Shown in pieces: positions 40,306 through 51,900 of a DNA stretch of 55,338 nucleotides (position 1 is the first letter of the stretch; every line of letters begins with the position of its first letter). Origin of the DNA: Bacteroidota bacterium (GTDB lineage Bacteria > Bacteroidota > Bacteroidia > Bacteroidales > UBA12077); NCBI GenBank assembly GCA_020049295.1, contig JAIFLC010000024.1:1-55338 (forward strand), read 5' to 3'. Position numbers and translations under genes: made by a program. The notes beneath the pieces are model-generated. The model saw only the letters and a program-made list of their open reading frames with translations. It was not told the DNA's origin and did no database searches.

Positions 40306-41148
40306 ATGAAAAATACATTAATAATACTTTTAATATGCTTGCTGGGATTTTCTGCATTTGCCCAGGAAGAGATTCCAGTGGTTGATCAACCTAAACCATA
40401 CGAAAAGAATGATTACCTTCCCGAAGCTGGCGATTTTGCCATTGGTCTTGAAGCTACCCCATTTTTCAATTATATTGGTAATATGTTTAATGGAACAGAA
40501 GATAATTCATTAGATCTTGGTGATAACACTCTATATTTCAGATATTATCTAAATAAAGATGCTGCCGTACGATTTGCTTTTCAGATTGGTTCAGACGGTG
40601 GTAGCGATGAGTATTATGTTCGCGATGATGCTGCTTTTTTTGCCGATCCATTGAGTCAGGATAAGGTAATTGATAAATACAGCTACACCAACCATTATTA
40701 CCATTTACGGTTGGGCTACCAGATGTTCCGAGATTACAAACGATTTAGAGGTTATTTTGGTGGAGATTTAGGTTATCAGTATTATAAATACACTGATAAT
40801 TACCAATTTGGTAATAACATGACCGAATTGAATCCTTCTCCTACAAATGCCTGGGGTTTTGGAGCAACTCGAACACTTGAAAATAATTATGGTCTGGAGC
40901 AAGGAATCGGTGCTGGTGCTTTTGTTGGGATTGAATATTACTTTATGCCAAAAGTTTGCATTGGTGGTGAGTTTGGTCTTTCATATTATTATTATTTCGA
41001 AGGACAATCTTATTCCAAGCAGGAAAGAATGGTTATAACCCAACATATCGAAGAGGAAATTCCATCTTATCCGGGAGATAACAGTTGGTCGTTACAGACT
41101 AATTTCCCATACTATTTCGGAAACTTATATTTTATGATCAATTTCTAA
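40306..41148 (+). CDS. Hypothetical outer-membrane beta-barrel protein
   Basis: Signal peptide, Tyr/Gly-rich strands (GAFVGIEYYF...IGGEFGL), C-terminal Phe. Confidence 0.8.
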   Translation: MKNTLIILLICLLGFSAFAQEEIPVVDQPKPYEKNDYLPEAGDFAIGLEATPFFNYIGNMFNGTEDNSLDLGDNTLYFRYYLNKDAAVRFAFQIGSDGGSDEYYVRDDAAFFADPLSQDKVIDKYSYTNHYYHLRLGYQMFRDYKRFRGYFGGDLGYQYYKYTDNYQFGNNMTELNPSPTNAWGFGATRTLENNYGLEQGIGAGAFVGIEYYFMPKVCIGGEFGLSYYYYFEGQSYSKQERMVITQHIEEEIPSYPGDNSWSLQTNFPYYFGNLYFMINF

Positions 41149-41163
41149 TTCTTATAATAACAT

Positions 41164-41200
41164 AAAAAAAGCTGTTTCAAAAAATGAAACAGCTTTTTTA
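41164..41200. terminator. Bidirectional intrinsic terminator
   Basis: aaaaaagctgtttca-N5-tgaaacagctttttt between convergent genes. Confidence 0.88.
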
Positions 41201-41219
41201 TTTTCAGGTGATTTGATTT

Positions 41220-42611
41220 TTATAAATGAATAACCTCTCCATATGCAGCAGCTGCTGCTTCCATAATTGCTTCTGACATGGTAGGATGAGGATGAATAGA
41301 TTTTATAATCTCGTGTCCGGTGGTTTCAAGTTTTTTAGCTACTACAAGCTCTCCAATCATTTCCGTTACATTGGCTCCGATTAAATGTGCTCCAAGAAGT
41401 TCTCCATATTGGGCATCAAAAATCAGTTTTACAAATCCATCTTTTTCTCCAGCAGCACTTGCTTTGCCTGAAGCAGTAAATGGAAATTTTCCAACTTTTA
41501 TTTCGTATCCGGCATCTTTGGCTGCTTGCTCCGATAATCCAACAGAAGCAACTTCAGGCGTTGTATAAGTACATGCTGGTATATTTTTATAATCTATTGG
41601 CTCAGGATTTGATCCTGCAATTTTTTCAACACAAACAATACCTTCGGCCGAAGCAACGTGAGCCAGAGCAGGTCCATGAACAATATCGCCAATTGCATAA
41701 ATACCGTCAATATTGGTTCTATAATACTCATCAACTTTTATTTTACCTTTTTCCAACTCAATACCTAGCTCTTCGATTCCAATATTTTCTAAATTTGGAG
41801 TAACACCAACAGCCGACAAAACGATTTCGGCTTCGTGTATTTCTTCACCTTTTTTTGTTTTAATCACAACCTTGCAAAGGTTTCCTTTGGTATCAACCGA
41901 TTCGACTGAAGAATCAACCATTACTTTAATTCCTGCTTTTTTAAATGAACGTCCAAGTTGTTTTGATACTTCATCATCTTCTAACGGAACAATATTCGGT
42001 AAAAACTCGACTAATGTAACATCGGTACCTATTGAGTTATAGAAGAATGCAAATTCACTTCCAATTGCTCCACTGCCAACTACAATCATTGATTTTGGCT
42101 GTTTAGGTAATGTCATTGCCTGACGGTAACCGATTATCTTTTTGCCATCCTGTTTTAAATTTGGTAATTCTTTTGATCTTGCACCTGTAGCAAGGATAAT
42201 ATGGGTTGCCGTAATTTCCTGAACAGTTCCATCATTTGCTTTAACTTCAACTGTTTTATTGTTTTTCAGTTTACCAGTACCTTGAATATGTTCAATTTTA
42301 TTCTTTTTAAATAGAAATTGTATTCCTTTACTCATTCCATCGGCAACGGCCCTACTGCGTTGAACCATTTTTTCGAAATCAGGTTTTATTTCGCCTGTAA
42401 CTGAAATTCCATAATCGGCAGCATGTTGTGTATATGTATATACCTGACCACTTTTCAGAAGCGATTTAGTAGGAATACATCCCCAATTTAGGCATATTCC
42501 TCCAAGTTCTGATCTTTCGATAACACCCACTTTTAATCCCAATTGAGCTGCTCTTATAGCTGCCACATAACCACCCGGACCGCTACCTATAATAATTAAG
42601 TCGTAATTCAT
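41220..42611 (-). CDS. lpdA: Dihydrolipoyl dehydrogenase
   Basis: GSGPGG, GGICLNWGCIPTK, HPHPTMSE. Confidence 0.97.
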   Translation of the reverse strand: MNYDLIIIGSGPGGYVAAIRAAQLGLKVGVIERSELGGICLNWGCIPTKSLLKSGQVYTYTQHAADYGISVTGEIKPDFEKMVQRSRAVADGMSKGIQFLFKKNKIEHIQGTGKLKNNKTVEVKANDGTVQEITATHIILATGARSKELPNLKQDGKKIIGYRQAMTLPKQPKSMIVVGSGAIGSEFAFFYNSIGTDVTLVEFLPNIVPLEDDEVSKQLGRSFKKAGIKVMVDSSVESVDTKGNLCKVVIKTKKGEEIHEAEIVLSAVGVTPNLENIGIEELGIELEKGKIKVDEYYRTNIDGIYAIGDIVHGPALAHVASAEGIVCVEKIAGSNPEPIDYKNIPACTYTTPEVASVGLSEQAAKDAGYEIKVGKFPFTASGKASAAGEKDGFVKLIFDAQYGELLGAHLIGANVTEMIGELVVAKKLETTGHEIIKSIHPHPTMSEAIMEAAAAAYGEVIHL

Positions 42612-42647
42612 ATTTGTAAATTTTAATTGATATGCTAAAATTAATTG

Positions 42648-43499
42648 TTATTTAATTAATTCAAAATTTTTTGTTTTTCTTCGGATACTTAACTTATTTA
42701 TCAATAAATGAATAAGTTTAGCGAACACAAAATATATCACCAATGAGAAAATGATGGATGCTCCTGAAGGAATATTTAATTTATACGAGAAAATTAGTCC
42801 TGTAAAAACACCCACAAAGCTTAAAACAACAGAAGCTATAATAATGTTTCTAAAATTTCTGGTAAATAAATTCGCTATAGATTGAGGAATGGTAAGTAAT
42901 GAAATTACCATTATTATTCCTACAACTTTTATATTCAAAACTATAGTTAATGCTACAAGACTGATAAGTAAATAATTTACCAGATTTACTGCAATTTTAT
43001 GTGTGCGGGCAAACTCCTGATCATAGGAAACAAATAAAATAAGTCTGTAAAATGCCGAAAAAATTAAAATAATTAACAAACTCAAACCAAACATCAACCA
43101 AACATCGAGTTTAGAAACAGTTAGAATACTTCCAAAAAGATAAGTCATAAGGTTAGGAACATAACCCGGTGTTATGGTGATAAAAATGATACCTATAGCC
43201 ATTCCGAATGACCAAAGTATCCCAATAGCAGAATCCTCACGAACTTCGGTTTGTTTGCTTAAAAACTCAATACCTAAAGCAGAAAGAATAGAGAATATGG
43301 CTGCTGAAAATATTGGGTTAAACCCCAAAAAGTATCCTATACCGATTCCTCCGAATGATGCATGTGTTATACCACCACTAAGAAAAACCATTCGGCGGGT
43401 TACTATATATGTTCCAATAATACCACAACTTATACTTGCAAAAAATGCAGCAAGCAATGCATTAACTACAAAATTATACTGGAGTAATTCAATTACCAT
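42648..43499 (-). CDS. znuB: Zn/Mn ABC transporter permease (ZnuB-like)
   Basis: GITHASFGG, YLFGSIL, multi-TM; operon context. Confidence 0.88.
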   Translation of the reverse strand: MVIELLQYNFVVNALLAAFFASISCGIIGTYIVTRRMVFLSGGITHASFGGIGIGYFLGFNPIFSAAIFSILSALGIEFLSKQTEVREDSAIGILWSFGMAIGIIFITITPGYVPNLMTYLFGSILTVSKLDVWLMFGLSLLIILIFSAFYRLILFVSYDQEFARTHKIAVNLVNYLLISLVALTIVLNIKVVGIIMVISLLTIPQSIANLFTRNFRNIIIASVVLSFVGVFTGLIFSYKLNIPSGASIIFSLVIYFVFAKLIHLLINKLSIRRKTKNFELIK

Positions 43500-43502
43500 A
43501 TT

Positions 43503-44258
43503 CTAATGATTATGTTTTTTTAAAACCGTATGAGGGACTTCGCCGTGAGTTATAAGCTTGATCGGGCAGTTATAAGATGCCAACTGTTGTTCGGTAATTT
43601 TGTTTGATTTGTGATAATGCAAACCTCTGTTCACACAGGCAATGGTTTTAATATAGGTGGAAATAGTTCCAATATCATGCGAAACAATAATGATACCCAT
43701 ATCTTTATTAAGTTGAACCAAAATTTCATAAAGCTCACCCTCAAATTTATTGTCAACAAATGTATTAGGTTCATCCAATATCAGAAGCCGTGGAGACGAA
43801 ACAATAGCTCTGGCTAATAATACTTTCTGCATCTGACCTCCCGAAAGTTCGCCAATATGCCTTTCTTTTAAATCACAAATTCCCAATTTTTGAAGAGTTT
43901 CCTTTGCTTTCTGCTTGTCTTTTTTTGAGTGTTTATAGTAAAATCCATTATTATAAATCAATCCAGATAAAACTACATCATATACTGATACCGGGAACTT
44001 ATTATCGATTTGGTTTATCTGAGGTAAAAACCCAATTTTATTATTTCTATCAATATTTGAATCACCAAAATATTCTATTGTTCCCTTAAATGGCTTAATA
44101 AGTCCGAGGATTACTCTTAAAAGAGTAGTTTTCCCTCCCCCATTTGGGCCAATAATGCCAATAAAATCATCATCAAGTATTTCGAGCGAAACGTCATTCA
44201 GAATGATGTCGTCCTTGTAACCGGCATAAATTGATTTTAATTCTAATATTTTGCTCAT
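43503..44258 (-). CDS. znuC: Zn/Mn ABC transporter ATPase (ZnuC-like)
   Basis: GPNGGGKTT, LSGGQ, LDEP, His-containing tail. Confidence 0.88.
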   Translation of the reverse strand: MSKILELKSIYAGYKDDIILNDVSLEILDDDFIGIIGPNGGGKTTLLRVILGLIKPFKGTIEYFGDSNIDRNNKIGFLPQINQIDNKFPVSVYDVVLSGLIYNNGFYYKHSKKDKQKAKETLQKLGICDLKERHIGELSGGQMQKVLLARAIVSSPRLLILDEPNTFVDNKFEGELYEILVQLNKDMGIIIVSHDIGTISTYIKTIACVNRGLHYHKSNKITEQQLASYNCPIKLITHGEVPHTVLKKHNH

Positions 44259-44261
44259 CTC

Positions 44262-45158
44262 CTATTTTGCTGAATAAATCAATGCTATTTCGTTTGTTAT
44301 CAATTTAGTGATCTCAATCCAATCATACCCAAGAGGATCGATCTGTACAACTCTGCCATTAATTTCTTTAGCTAGCACTTCGGCATTATGAGTATTAAAT
44401 TGCTTTTGAACAAAAATAACCTTTATATTCTCCTTTTGAGCAAGTTCGATAATGTTTTTAATATCTATGGGAGTAGGTTCTTTTCCATCAGCCTCAACAG
44501 CTAATTGTTCGAGGTTATAATCGCGAGCAAAATATGCCAGTGCAGAGTGATAGATCATAAATTTCTTTGATTCGAGATTCTGAAAACTCTCTTTAATATA
44601 AAGATCCAGAGAATCAATCTCCTTATTAAATAATTGATGATTTGCAGTAAACTCATCTTTATATTGAGGATAAATCTCGATCAGATTTTCAAATAGAATA
44701 GTACACATTTTACTTACTTCTAAAGGTGATGACCAGATATGCGGATCAATACCCAAATGATGATCGTGTTGGCCATGATCATGATGATCTTCATGAGAAT
44801 CATCAGGTTTAATTAAGATGGCATTTTTCGAAAGATCAACAATTTTCATTTTCGGGTTTAATGCCTCGAATTTACTTATCCAGGCGAGTTCAAACTCAAT
44901 ATAACCCATTCTGAAATAAGCATCTGAGTTGGAAAGATCTTGCATCTGTTTAGCAGATGGTTCATATGTATGAGGATCACTCCCTTCGGGAACCATAACA
45001 TTCACTGCTATCTTACCATTTGTAATCCGATCAATAAAATACTTCTGCGGTAAAATACTTACAGTAACTATTGGCTGCAGTTCAGTTTCTCTCTTTGAAC
45101 TATTTTTACAACCAAAGGACAAAACCCCTAACAAGAGAAATATTAAGAACTTTTTCAT
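44262..45158 (-). CDS. znuA: Zn ABC transporter substrate-binding lipoprotein (ZnuA-like)
   Basis: Lipobox SFGC, DPHTYEP, His-rich loop HEDHHDHGQHDHH, DPHIW. Confidence 0.9.
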   Translation of the reverse strand: MKKFLIFLLLGVLSFGCKNSSKRETELQPIVTVSILPQKYFIDRITNGKIAVNVMVPEGSDPHTYEPSAKQMQDLSNSDAYFRMGYIEFELAWISKFEALNPKMKIVDLSKNAILIKPDDSHEDHHDHGQHDHHLGIDPHIWSSPLEVSKMCTILFENLIEIYPQYKDEFTANHQLFNKEIDSLDLYIKESFQNLESKKFMIYHSALAYFARDYNLEQLAVEADGKEPTPIDIKNIIELAQKENIKVIFVQKQFNTHNAEVLAKEINGRVVQIDPLGYDWIEITKLITNEIALIYSAK

Positions 45159-45231
45159 TTCGATTTACTAAATTATTTGAACAAACAAATTTATAAGAAT
45201 TTTAAAAAGATAAAAACACATATCATTAAAC

Positions 45232-45264
45232 AAAAAAGAGCGGATATTGTTATCCACTCTTTTT
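45232..45264 (-). terminator. Intrinsic terminator of the TlpA-like gene
   Basis: - strand aaaaagagtggata-acaa-tatccgctctttttt; the G-U pair forms only on this strand. Confidence 0.82.
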
Positions 45265-45284
45265 AAATTTTATTCTAAGACTAT

Positions 45285-46382
45285 TTATTTAAAAATCTCT
45301 TCAAGCTTAGCTCCAAGATCATCACCACGTAGGTTTTTTGCGATGATAATTCCATCTTTATCAATAAGTACATTATGAGGAATACCACGTACACCATATA
45401 ATTTACCTGCTTCACAATCCCAATATTTTAAATCAGAAACCTGTGGCCAGATAATACCATCTTCTTGAATAGCTTTAATCCACGCATCACGGCTTTTATC
45501 AAATGATACTCCAAAAATTTCAAATCCTTTGTCTTTATATTTTGCATAGTTTTTTACAAGAGTAGGATTTTCGTGACGGCAAGGACCGCACCATGCTGCC
45601 CAGAAATCAATTAGAACATATTTTTGACCAATAACTGATGATAATGCAACTGGGGTATTGGTAGTATCATTCAACGTAAAATCTACAAAAGGCTGACCTA
45701 TTGCTACTCTTTTCATTGTTCCAATACGGTCATTTATCATAACCATATATTTTGAACTGTTCATTGTAGTATCAAATTCTGCAGCGATTTGCTCAAGTTC
45801 AGTATGTTCAATCTGTACCATTAAGTATTGTGAAGTAACAAATGGACCAACAAATAATTTAGAATTGCTTTTTACAAAGTTTTTCATATAATCCATTTGT
45901 TCAGTTTCAATACCTTCGTATTGCTCTTCTATTTCTTTAACTTTTGCAGCATCTCCAGACATATTTGCTTGCACATATTCTTCGTATAAATCTCTGAATT
46001 TCATTTCGAAATCTCCAAGATTTCTATCAAATTCAATAAATTTGGTTGTACTTTCAGAACCCTTAATATCAGCATCATAAATACTGTCAATATGAACATT
46101 AATAGTTATCTCTTTATTTTCAAGTAATAACGGAATTACACCCAGAGTATCAGCAAATTTTATGATATAAAAATCAGGTTCTGGAACCGCACCTTTGAAA
46201 ACAAACTTTCCTTTTTCGAAGCTAACTGAGTCAACCGTAATTGGTGTCCTTTGGTTACCTTTTTGAAGTAAGGCAGTTCCAGAAGTAAGACCTTCAATAG
46301 TGCCTGTTATTTTATATTGTGGTTCTGAATTACAAGAATACAAGAGAACCATTGCCATTAAAGCATAAAAAAGTTTTTTCAT
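45285..46382 (-). CDS. TlpA-like thiol-disulfide oxidoreductase lipoprotein (DUF4369-type N-terminus)
   Basis: Lipobox LYSC; IDFWAAWCGPCR; cis-Pro motif GIP. Confidence 0.9.
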   Translation of the reverse strand: MKKLFYALMAMVLLYSCNSEPQYKITGTIEGLTSGTALLQKGNQRTPITVDSVSFEKGKFVFKGAVPEPDFYIIKFADTLGVIPLLLENKEITINVHIDSIYDADIKGSESTTKFIEFDRNLGDFEMKFRDLYEEYVQANMSGDAAKVKEIEEQYEGIETEQMDYMKNFVKSNSKLFVGPFVTSQYLMVQIEHTELEQIAAEFDTTMNSSKYMVMINDRIGTMKRVAIGQPFVDFTLNDTTNTPVALSSVIGQKYVLIDFWAAWCGPCRHENPTLVKNYAKYKDKGFEIFGVSFDKSRDAWIKAIQEDGIIWPQVSDLKYWDCEAGKLYGVRGIPHNVLIDKDGIIIAKNLRGDDLGAKLEEIFK

Positions 46383-46470
46383 TTTGTTAAGATTATTGTT
46401 AATATTTAAAATTTACCAAACATACAAAAATTTATACAATTATAGATTTTCTGAATAACGGATAAACAAA

Positions 46471-47580
46471 TTATTTGTTCATATTAAAATACTCATCCAG
46501 TAATATTCGGGCCGCTAGAAAAGAATTTGTTTTTCGGTGCAACACCTTTTCTTCGAATTCGGTAAGTTTTTCTTGAATATAAGGTTGATTATAAAAGTTA
46601 TCTCGAAGTGACTCATTGATATATTCATACATCCAGTATTTGGCCTGTTGCATTCGTCGATGTTCAAAATAATTATTTGCTTTCACAAAATCTATGTATT
46701 CCAAAACGCTATTCCATATCACATCAATCCCGATGCATTTGAGCGAAGAGCAAGTAAATACCTTAGGGCTCCATCCCGAATCAGTAGGTGGAAATAAATG
46801 TAATGCATTTTGATACTCTATTTTAGCCAGATCAGCTTTAACAACATTTTCGCCATCTGCTTTTGTAATGGCAATTCCATCGGCCATCTCCATTATACCA
46901 CGTTTTATTCCCTGCAACTCATCACCGGCACCAGCAAGCATTAAAAGCAAGAAATAATCGACCATAGAATGCACCGCTATTTCAGACTGTCCCACACCAA
47001 CTGTTTCAATAAATATGGTATCAAAGCCTGCGGCTTCGCATAGAATGATTGTTTCACGTGTTTTCTTAGCAACACCACCCAGCGAACCAGCAGATGGCGA
47101 AGGTCTTATGAATGCATTCGGATCAGCAGAAAGTTCCTCCATCCGGGTTTTATCACCCAAAATGCTTCCCTTAGTACGTTCGCTGCTTGGATCAACAGCT
47201 AATACGGCGAGTTTTCGACCCAATTTAGTTGTATACTTGCCCAATGCTTCAATGAAAGTACTTTTCCCTGCACCCGGAACACCTGTAATCCCTATCCTGA
47301 CAGATTTTCTTGCATAAGGAAGACATTTTTCAATAATTTGAAATGCCAGCTGATTATGTTCTGGTAAAGAACTTTCAATTAGAGTGATAGCCTGACCAAG
47401 AATTGTACGGTTTTTATTTAAAACCCCATCAACATAATCATCAACTGTATATAGAGTTCTTTTCCTTTTTTTAAAGCGTGCGATAATTTCTGGATTTATG
47501 GATTCGGGTTGTTCAATCCCCTTCTGCACATTTAGTGCAGTTTTGAATTTCTTGTCCGAATCCTTTTGCTTACCCTCCAT
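46471..47580 (-). CDS. meaB: Methylmalonyl-CoA mutase-associated GTPase
   Basis: GITGVPGAGKST, AVDPSS, GDKTRM, ETVGVGQSE. Confidence 0.96.
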   Translation of the reverse strand: MEGKQKDSDKKFKTALNVQKGIEQPESINPEIIARFKKRKRTLYTVDDYVDGVLNKNRTILGQAITLIESSLPEHNQLAFQIIEKCLPYARKSVRIGITGVPGAGKSTFIEALGKYTTKLGRKLAVLAVDPSSERTKGSILGDKTRMEELSADPNAFIRPSPSAGSLGGVAKKTRETIILCEAAGFDTIFIETVGVGQSEIAVHSMVDYFLLLMLAGAGDELQGIKRGIMEMADGIAITKADGENVVKADLAKIEYQNALHLFPPTDSGWSPKVFTCSSLKCIGIDVIWNSVLEYIDFVKANNYFEHRRMQQAKYWMYEYINESLRDNFYNQPYIQEKLTEFEEKVLHRKTNSFLAARILLDEYFNMNK

Positions 47581-47643
47581 AAAAAAGCTTTTCTGCGAAT
47601 TTAGAGTTTTACAAAAGAATAAAAAAATATAACAGAAACAAAA

Positions 47644-47669
47644 AAGCAGTTAGTACAAACCAACTGCTT
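47644..47669 (-). terminator. Intrinsic terminator
   Basis: - strand aagcagttgg-tttgta-ctaactgctt followed by a T run. Confidence 0.7.
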
Positions 47670-47693
47670 AAATATTAAGAGTATATATATGGA

Positions 47694-48779
47694 TTACTCT
47701 TCTATTTCAGCACTAATCATTAGTCTGGTAGTTGGACTTTCGGGATCATTGGTGATCACATAAATAGATTTATTCTGTTTACCTCTCATTCCGCCAGAGC
47801 TAAATACTATTTTAAACGAACTGCTTTCACCAGGTTTTAAAACGGTTTTTTCAGGATTAACAGTAGTACATCCACAGGTTGCCTTTATTTTATGGATTTT
47901 CATCTCACTCTTACCTGTATTTTTAAAGGTAAACTCATGTTCATATTTACCTGAGCCTTTAATCTTACCAAAATTATGCCTTGGAGCATCAAAAACTAAT
48001 TTGGGTGCATTTTTTAATTGCTCAGGAGATAGTGTTGAGAAATTTTCCTGAACATTTGCACTTATTGTAATTGCATTATTCTGAACTTCAATATCATTAA
48101 TAAGGATTTTTACTCTGTCTGTAATAAAATCCCAATCATTAACTTTTCTACCATCATATTCTCCAACTATAAAACCATGTTGATCAGGTTTTAAAACTGA
48201 AGGTTCGGGTCTTAATTTGATATATGCAGGCACATTGGTAAAACTAACTTTTAACGGTTCTTTTGATGAGTTATAAACTTTAAATGTATCTATTTTAACC
48301 TCATCATTATAAACAGTAACAAAAGAGAAATGATTTGATTGTATTCTCAGTTCGCCAATAGCTTTTGGATAAATATCCTGAACCGTTCTTTCGCGTGGCA
48401 AAACATCGCCTTGAATCCTTAATACTACTCTTGGGTTACTGGCATTTGACTCGACTGTAATGCTTTTATTAAAAGTACTTGGTCTGTTTTTCGGGTCAAA
48501 AATAGCTTTAACAAATCCTTTTTGGCCAGGCATAACTGGTTTCTCTGTCCACGAAGGAGATGTACACCCGCATGATGCTTGTACCTTTGTTATTATAAGA
48601 GGACTCTGACCAGTATTGATAAACTCGAATGAATACTCCACGTTTCCGCCATCTTCTTTTATCTTACCAAAATCATGAATCTGTTTTTCGAATGAAATTG
48701 TTGCCGGCTGCGCATAAGTAATACTTGCTGTAAATAAAACTGCAATTGCAATTAATAAAAAATTTTTCATAGCATTCAA
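47694..48779 (-). CDS. DUF1573-domain protein (Ig-like repeats)
   Basis: Signal peptide; two HxFG...F.NTG...CGCT domains. Confidence 0.88.
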   Translation of the reverse strand: MNAMKNFLLIAIAVLFTASITYAQPATISFEKQIHDFGKIKEDGGNVEYSFEFINTGQSPLIITKVQASCGCTSPSWTEKPVMPGQKGFVKAIFDPKNRPSTFNKSITVESNASNPRVVLRIQGDVLPRERTVQDIYPKAIGELRIQSNHFSFVTVYNDEVKIDTFKVYNSSKEPLKVSFTNVPAYIKLRPEPSVLKPDQHGFIVGEYDGRKVNDWDFITDRVKILINDIEVQNNAITISANVQENFSTLSPEQLKNAPKLVFDAPRHNFGKIKGSGKYEHEFTFKNTGKSEMKIHKIKATCGCTTVNPEKTVLKPGESSSFKIVFSSGGMRGKQNKSIYVITNDPESPTTRLMISAEIEE

Positions 48780-48927
48780 ATTGAAAGAATTAGTAATATT
48801 TATTTGAATCGAACAAATATAACAATAAAATTATGTTCTGGTTTAATGTTAACAATCTTTAACTTTTTATAATATTGTATTAAATTCATGGTGTAATTTT
48901 GCAAATCTGATACCAAAATAAAAATTA

Positions 48928-51900
48928 ATGCCCCGAAAATTACTTTTTTTATTTATTTGTCTGATTAGCTGCTCATCAACTTATTTGTTTGGGCAATTTT
49001 ATAATGGCCATCAGATGGATTTTGGTAAAAAAAGAGTTCAGTATAACGATTTTTTCTGGTCGTTCATTAAGAATGATAAATATGACACCTATTTTAATCA
49101 GGAAGGAGAAGCCATTGCACGATTTACCGATCAATATGCTTATAACGAAATTATCCGGATTGAACAACTGCTTAATTACGAACTAAAGGACAAATTAATT
49201 CTGGTAGTTTTTAATAAATTCTCCGACTTTAAACAAAGCAATATCGGTTTGGTTACTGGTAAAAGCGAATATAACACAGGTGGAATAACAAAAATCAACA
49301 GAAATAAAATAAGTTTATTTTTTCAGGGAAACCATATCGAATACGAGAAACAAATCAGAGAAACAATTGCAGAGGCCATTATTACTGAGATGCTTTTAGG
49401 CAGCAGTTTATCTGAAAACATTTCTAGTTCTACCCTGCTTAATATTCCTGATTGGTTTATCAAAGGTCTTAGTTCTTATCTTGCAGAAGATTGGAATCTG
49501 GAAATCGAAAATAAAGTTAAAGATGGAATAGAAAGCAAATCGTATTTAAAACTAAATCATCTTTCGGGAAATGATGCAAAGATTGCAGGACATTCATTTT
49601 GGAAATTTCTCAACGAATATTATGGCGGAACAATTATACCTGATATTTTATTTATTACCCGGATTAATAAGGGTATAAACCACTCTCTAGAAACCGTTTT
49701 AGGAGTTTCGACTAAAGAATTAACCAACCAATGGTTTACTTATTTTTATGATTATTACGCAAAAGAAAAATCATTTTTTGCCGACACCTTGTATAAACCA
49801 ACTAATATAATCCGAAATCCAAAGCCAGAGAGGGAATATTATCAATTTAAAATTAGTCCGAAGGGAGATTATATTGCCTATGTTTCAAACGAAAAAGGGC
49901 TTTACAAAATCTGGGTTTATAATACAAAAACGGGTAAAACAAAAAAGGTTTATAAAGATGGATATAAACTTAAGCAAATCAACGATTTTACTTATCCTGT
50001 GCTAAGCTGGCATCCTGGAGGAAACTATCTGACCATTATTACTGAATATCAAAATAAACTGCAAATCATACAATATTCGATTGATGATGATGTGCTTAGC
50101 TACCGAAACTTGTTTTCATTTGATAAGATTCTAGATTTCTCGTATTCCTCTGATGGATCGAAAATGGTTTTCTCGGCAGTGCGCAACGGGTTAACAGATA
50201 TATTTGTATATGATGTAGCATCATCAACAAGTACTCAGGTTACCAAAGATATTTCTGATGAGTTTAACCCCCGTTTCATTAAAAATGATCAAGAGATAAT
50301 CTTCTCATCCAATCGCATTAGCGAAAATCTGACTGATAACAACCAGTTAATATATTTAAACAACAGCGATTTATTTATCTTTAATCTGAAGCAAAAAGAC
50401 AAAAAACTCACAAATCTGAGCAATACCGAAAATATTAGCGAAAAACAGCCATTTGAAGCAAACAACAACTATATCTATTTAAGCGATAAAAACGGAATTC
50501 AGAATTTGTATTTTGCTTTTTACGACAGTACAATTAATTTTATTGATACTGCAATCCATTACCGTTATTACTTAAACGAAAAGGCATTAAGCAATAACTC
50601 CAGAAATATAATTGAATACGACGTAAACAAATGGAATAATCAGTATGTAAAACTCTCTTTCCAGGATAATTTGTTTAATGCTGAATACAATAAGGATCTA
50701 GACTTCGTGAAATCAAGTGAGTATAAAATGGAATTAACGAATTACCGTAAAAAAGTTGAAACAGAGAATATAAAAAGCTCAGATTTTATTGAATCAAAAA
50801 AGGATACGCCCGATTCGGCAACGATCTTTTCGACCGAAAATAACTATGCGGATATTAATCATTATTCGTTTGAGATTGAAAAACCTTATTATTCGTACAA
50901 ATACCATAACATTCCAATTGATACAACGGTAATTCAAAAATCAACTCCAAAAATTCAGATTTACCAACGAACTTTTTTTACCAATGAACTTGTAAGTCAG
51001 GTCGATTTTAGCTTTTTAAATTCTTCTTACCAGACATTTACAGGTGGAGCAGTTTATTTTAATCCCGGATTAAATGCATTGATTAAGATTGGAGCCACTG
51101 ATTTATTGGAAGATTACAAGATAATTGCCGGTGTAAGACTGTCTCTTGATTTTAAAAGCAACGAATACCTGGTAAGTTTCGAAAATCTGAAACGGAAAAT
51201 TGATGAGCAATACATCTTTCACCGACAGAGCTTCGAAAATACAACACCTGATTTTGTGTCAAAAACATTGAGTCATAAACTAATGTATATCAGAACAATA
51301 CCATTTAGTCAGGTTGCAGGACTAACAGGTTCAATTACATTGCGATATGATAAACTCACTTACCTTGCCACCGATCGAAATACATTACAAAAACCCGATA
51401 ATCAAAAACTCTGGGGAGGACTTAAGCTTGAATATATTTTCGATAATACTATCAGTACAGGAATAAATCTGTATAGTGGAACACGATTTAAACTTTTTGG
51501 CGAGTATTATAGACAAATTAATAGTTCTGAGTCAGATTTGTTTGTTTTAGGAGGAGATTTCAGACATTATATCGAAATTCATCGTGATTTGATATTTGCC
51601 AGTCGACTTGCAGCCAGTACTTCGTTTGGAAAAAGTAAGTTAATTTATTATCTCGGTGGTGTTGACAATTGGACTAATTTTTCGGGTACTACTCCAACTT
51701 TTATACCTTTGAATGAAATTCCTATAAACACCGATGAAGATTATGCTTTTCAGGCCTCAGCAACAAATATGAGAGGTTTTCCGCAGAATATCCGAAACGG
51801 AAACAGCTTTGCACTTATAAACACAGAGTTAAGATGGCCTTTTGTAAAATATTTTTCTAATTATCCCTTAAGCTCATCATTCTGGACAAACATGCAGCTG

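Noticed and set aside
45250-45258. DnaA-box-like ttatccact
   Set aside because: Explained as a terminator arm.
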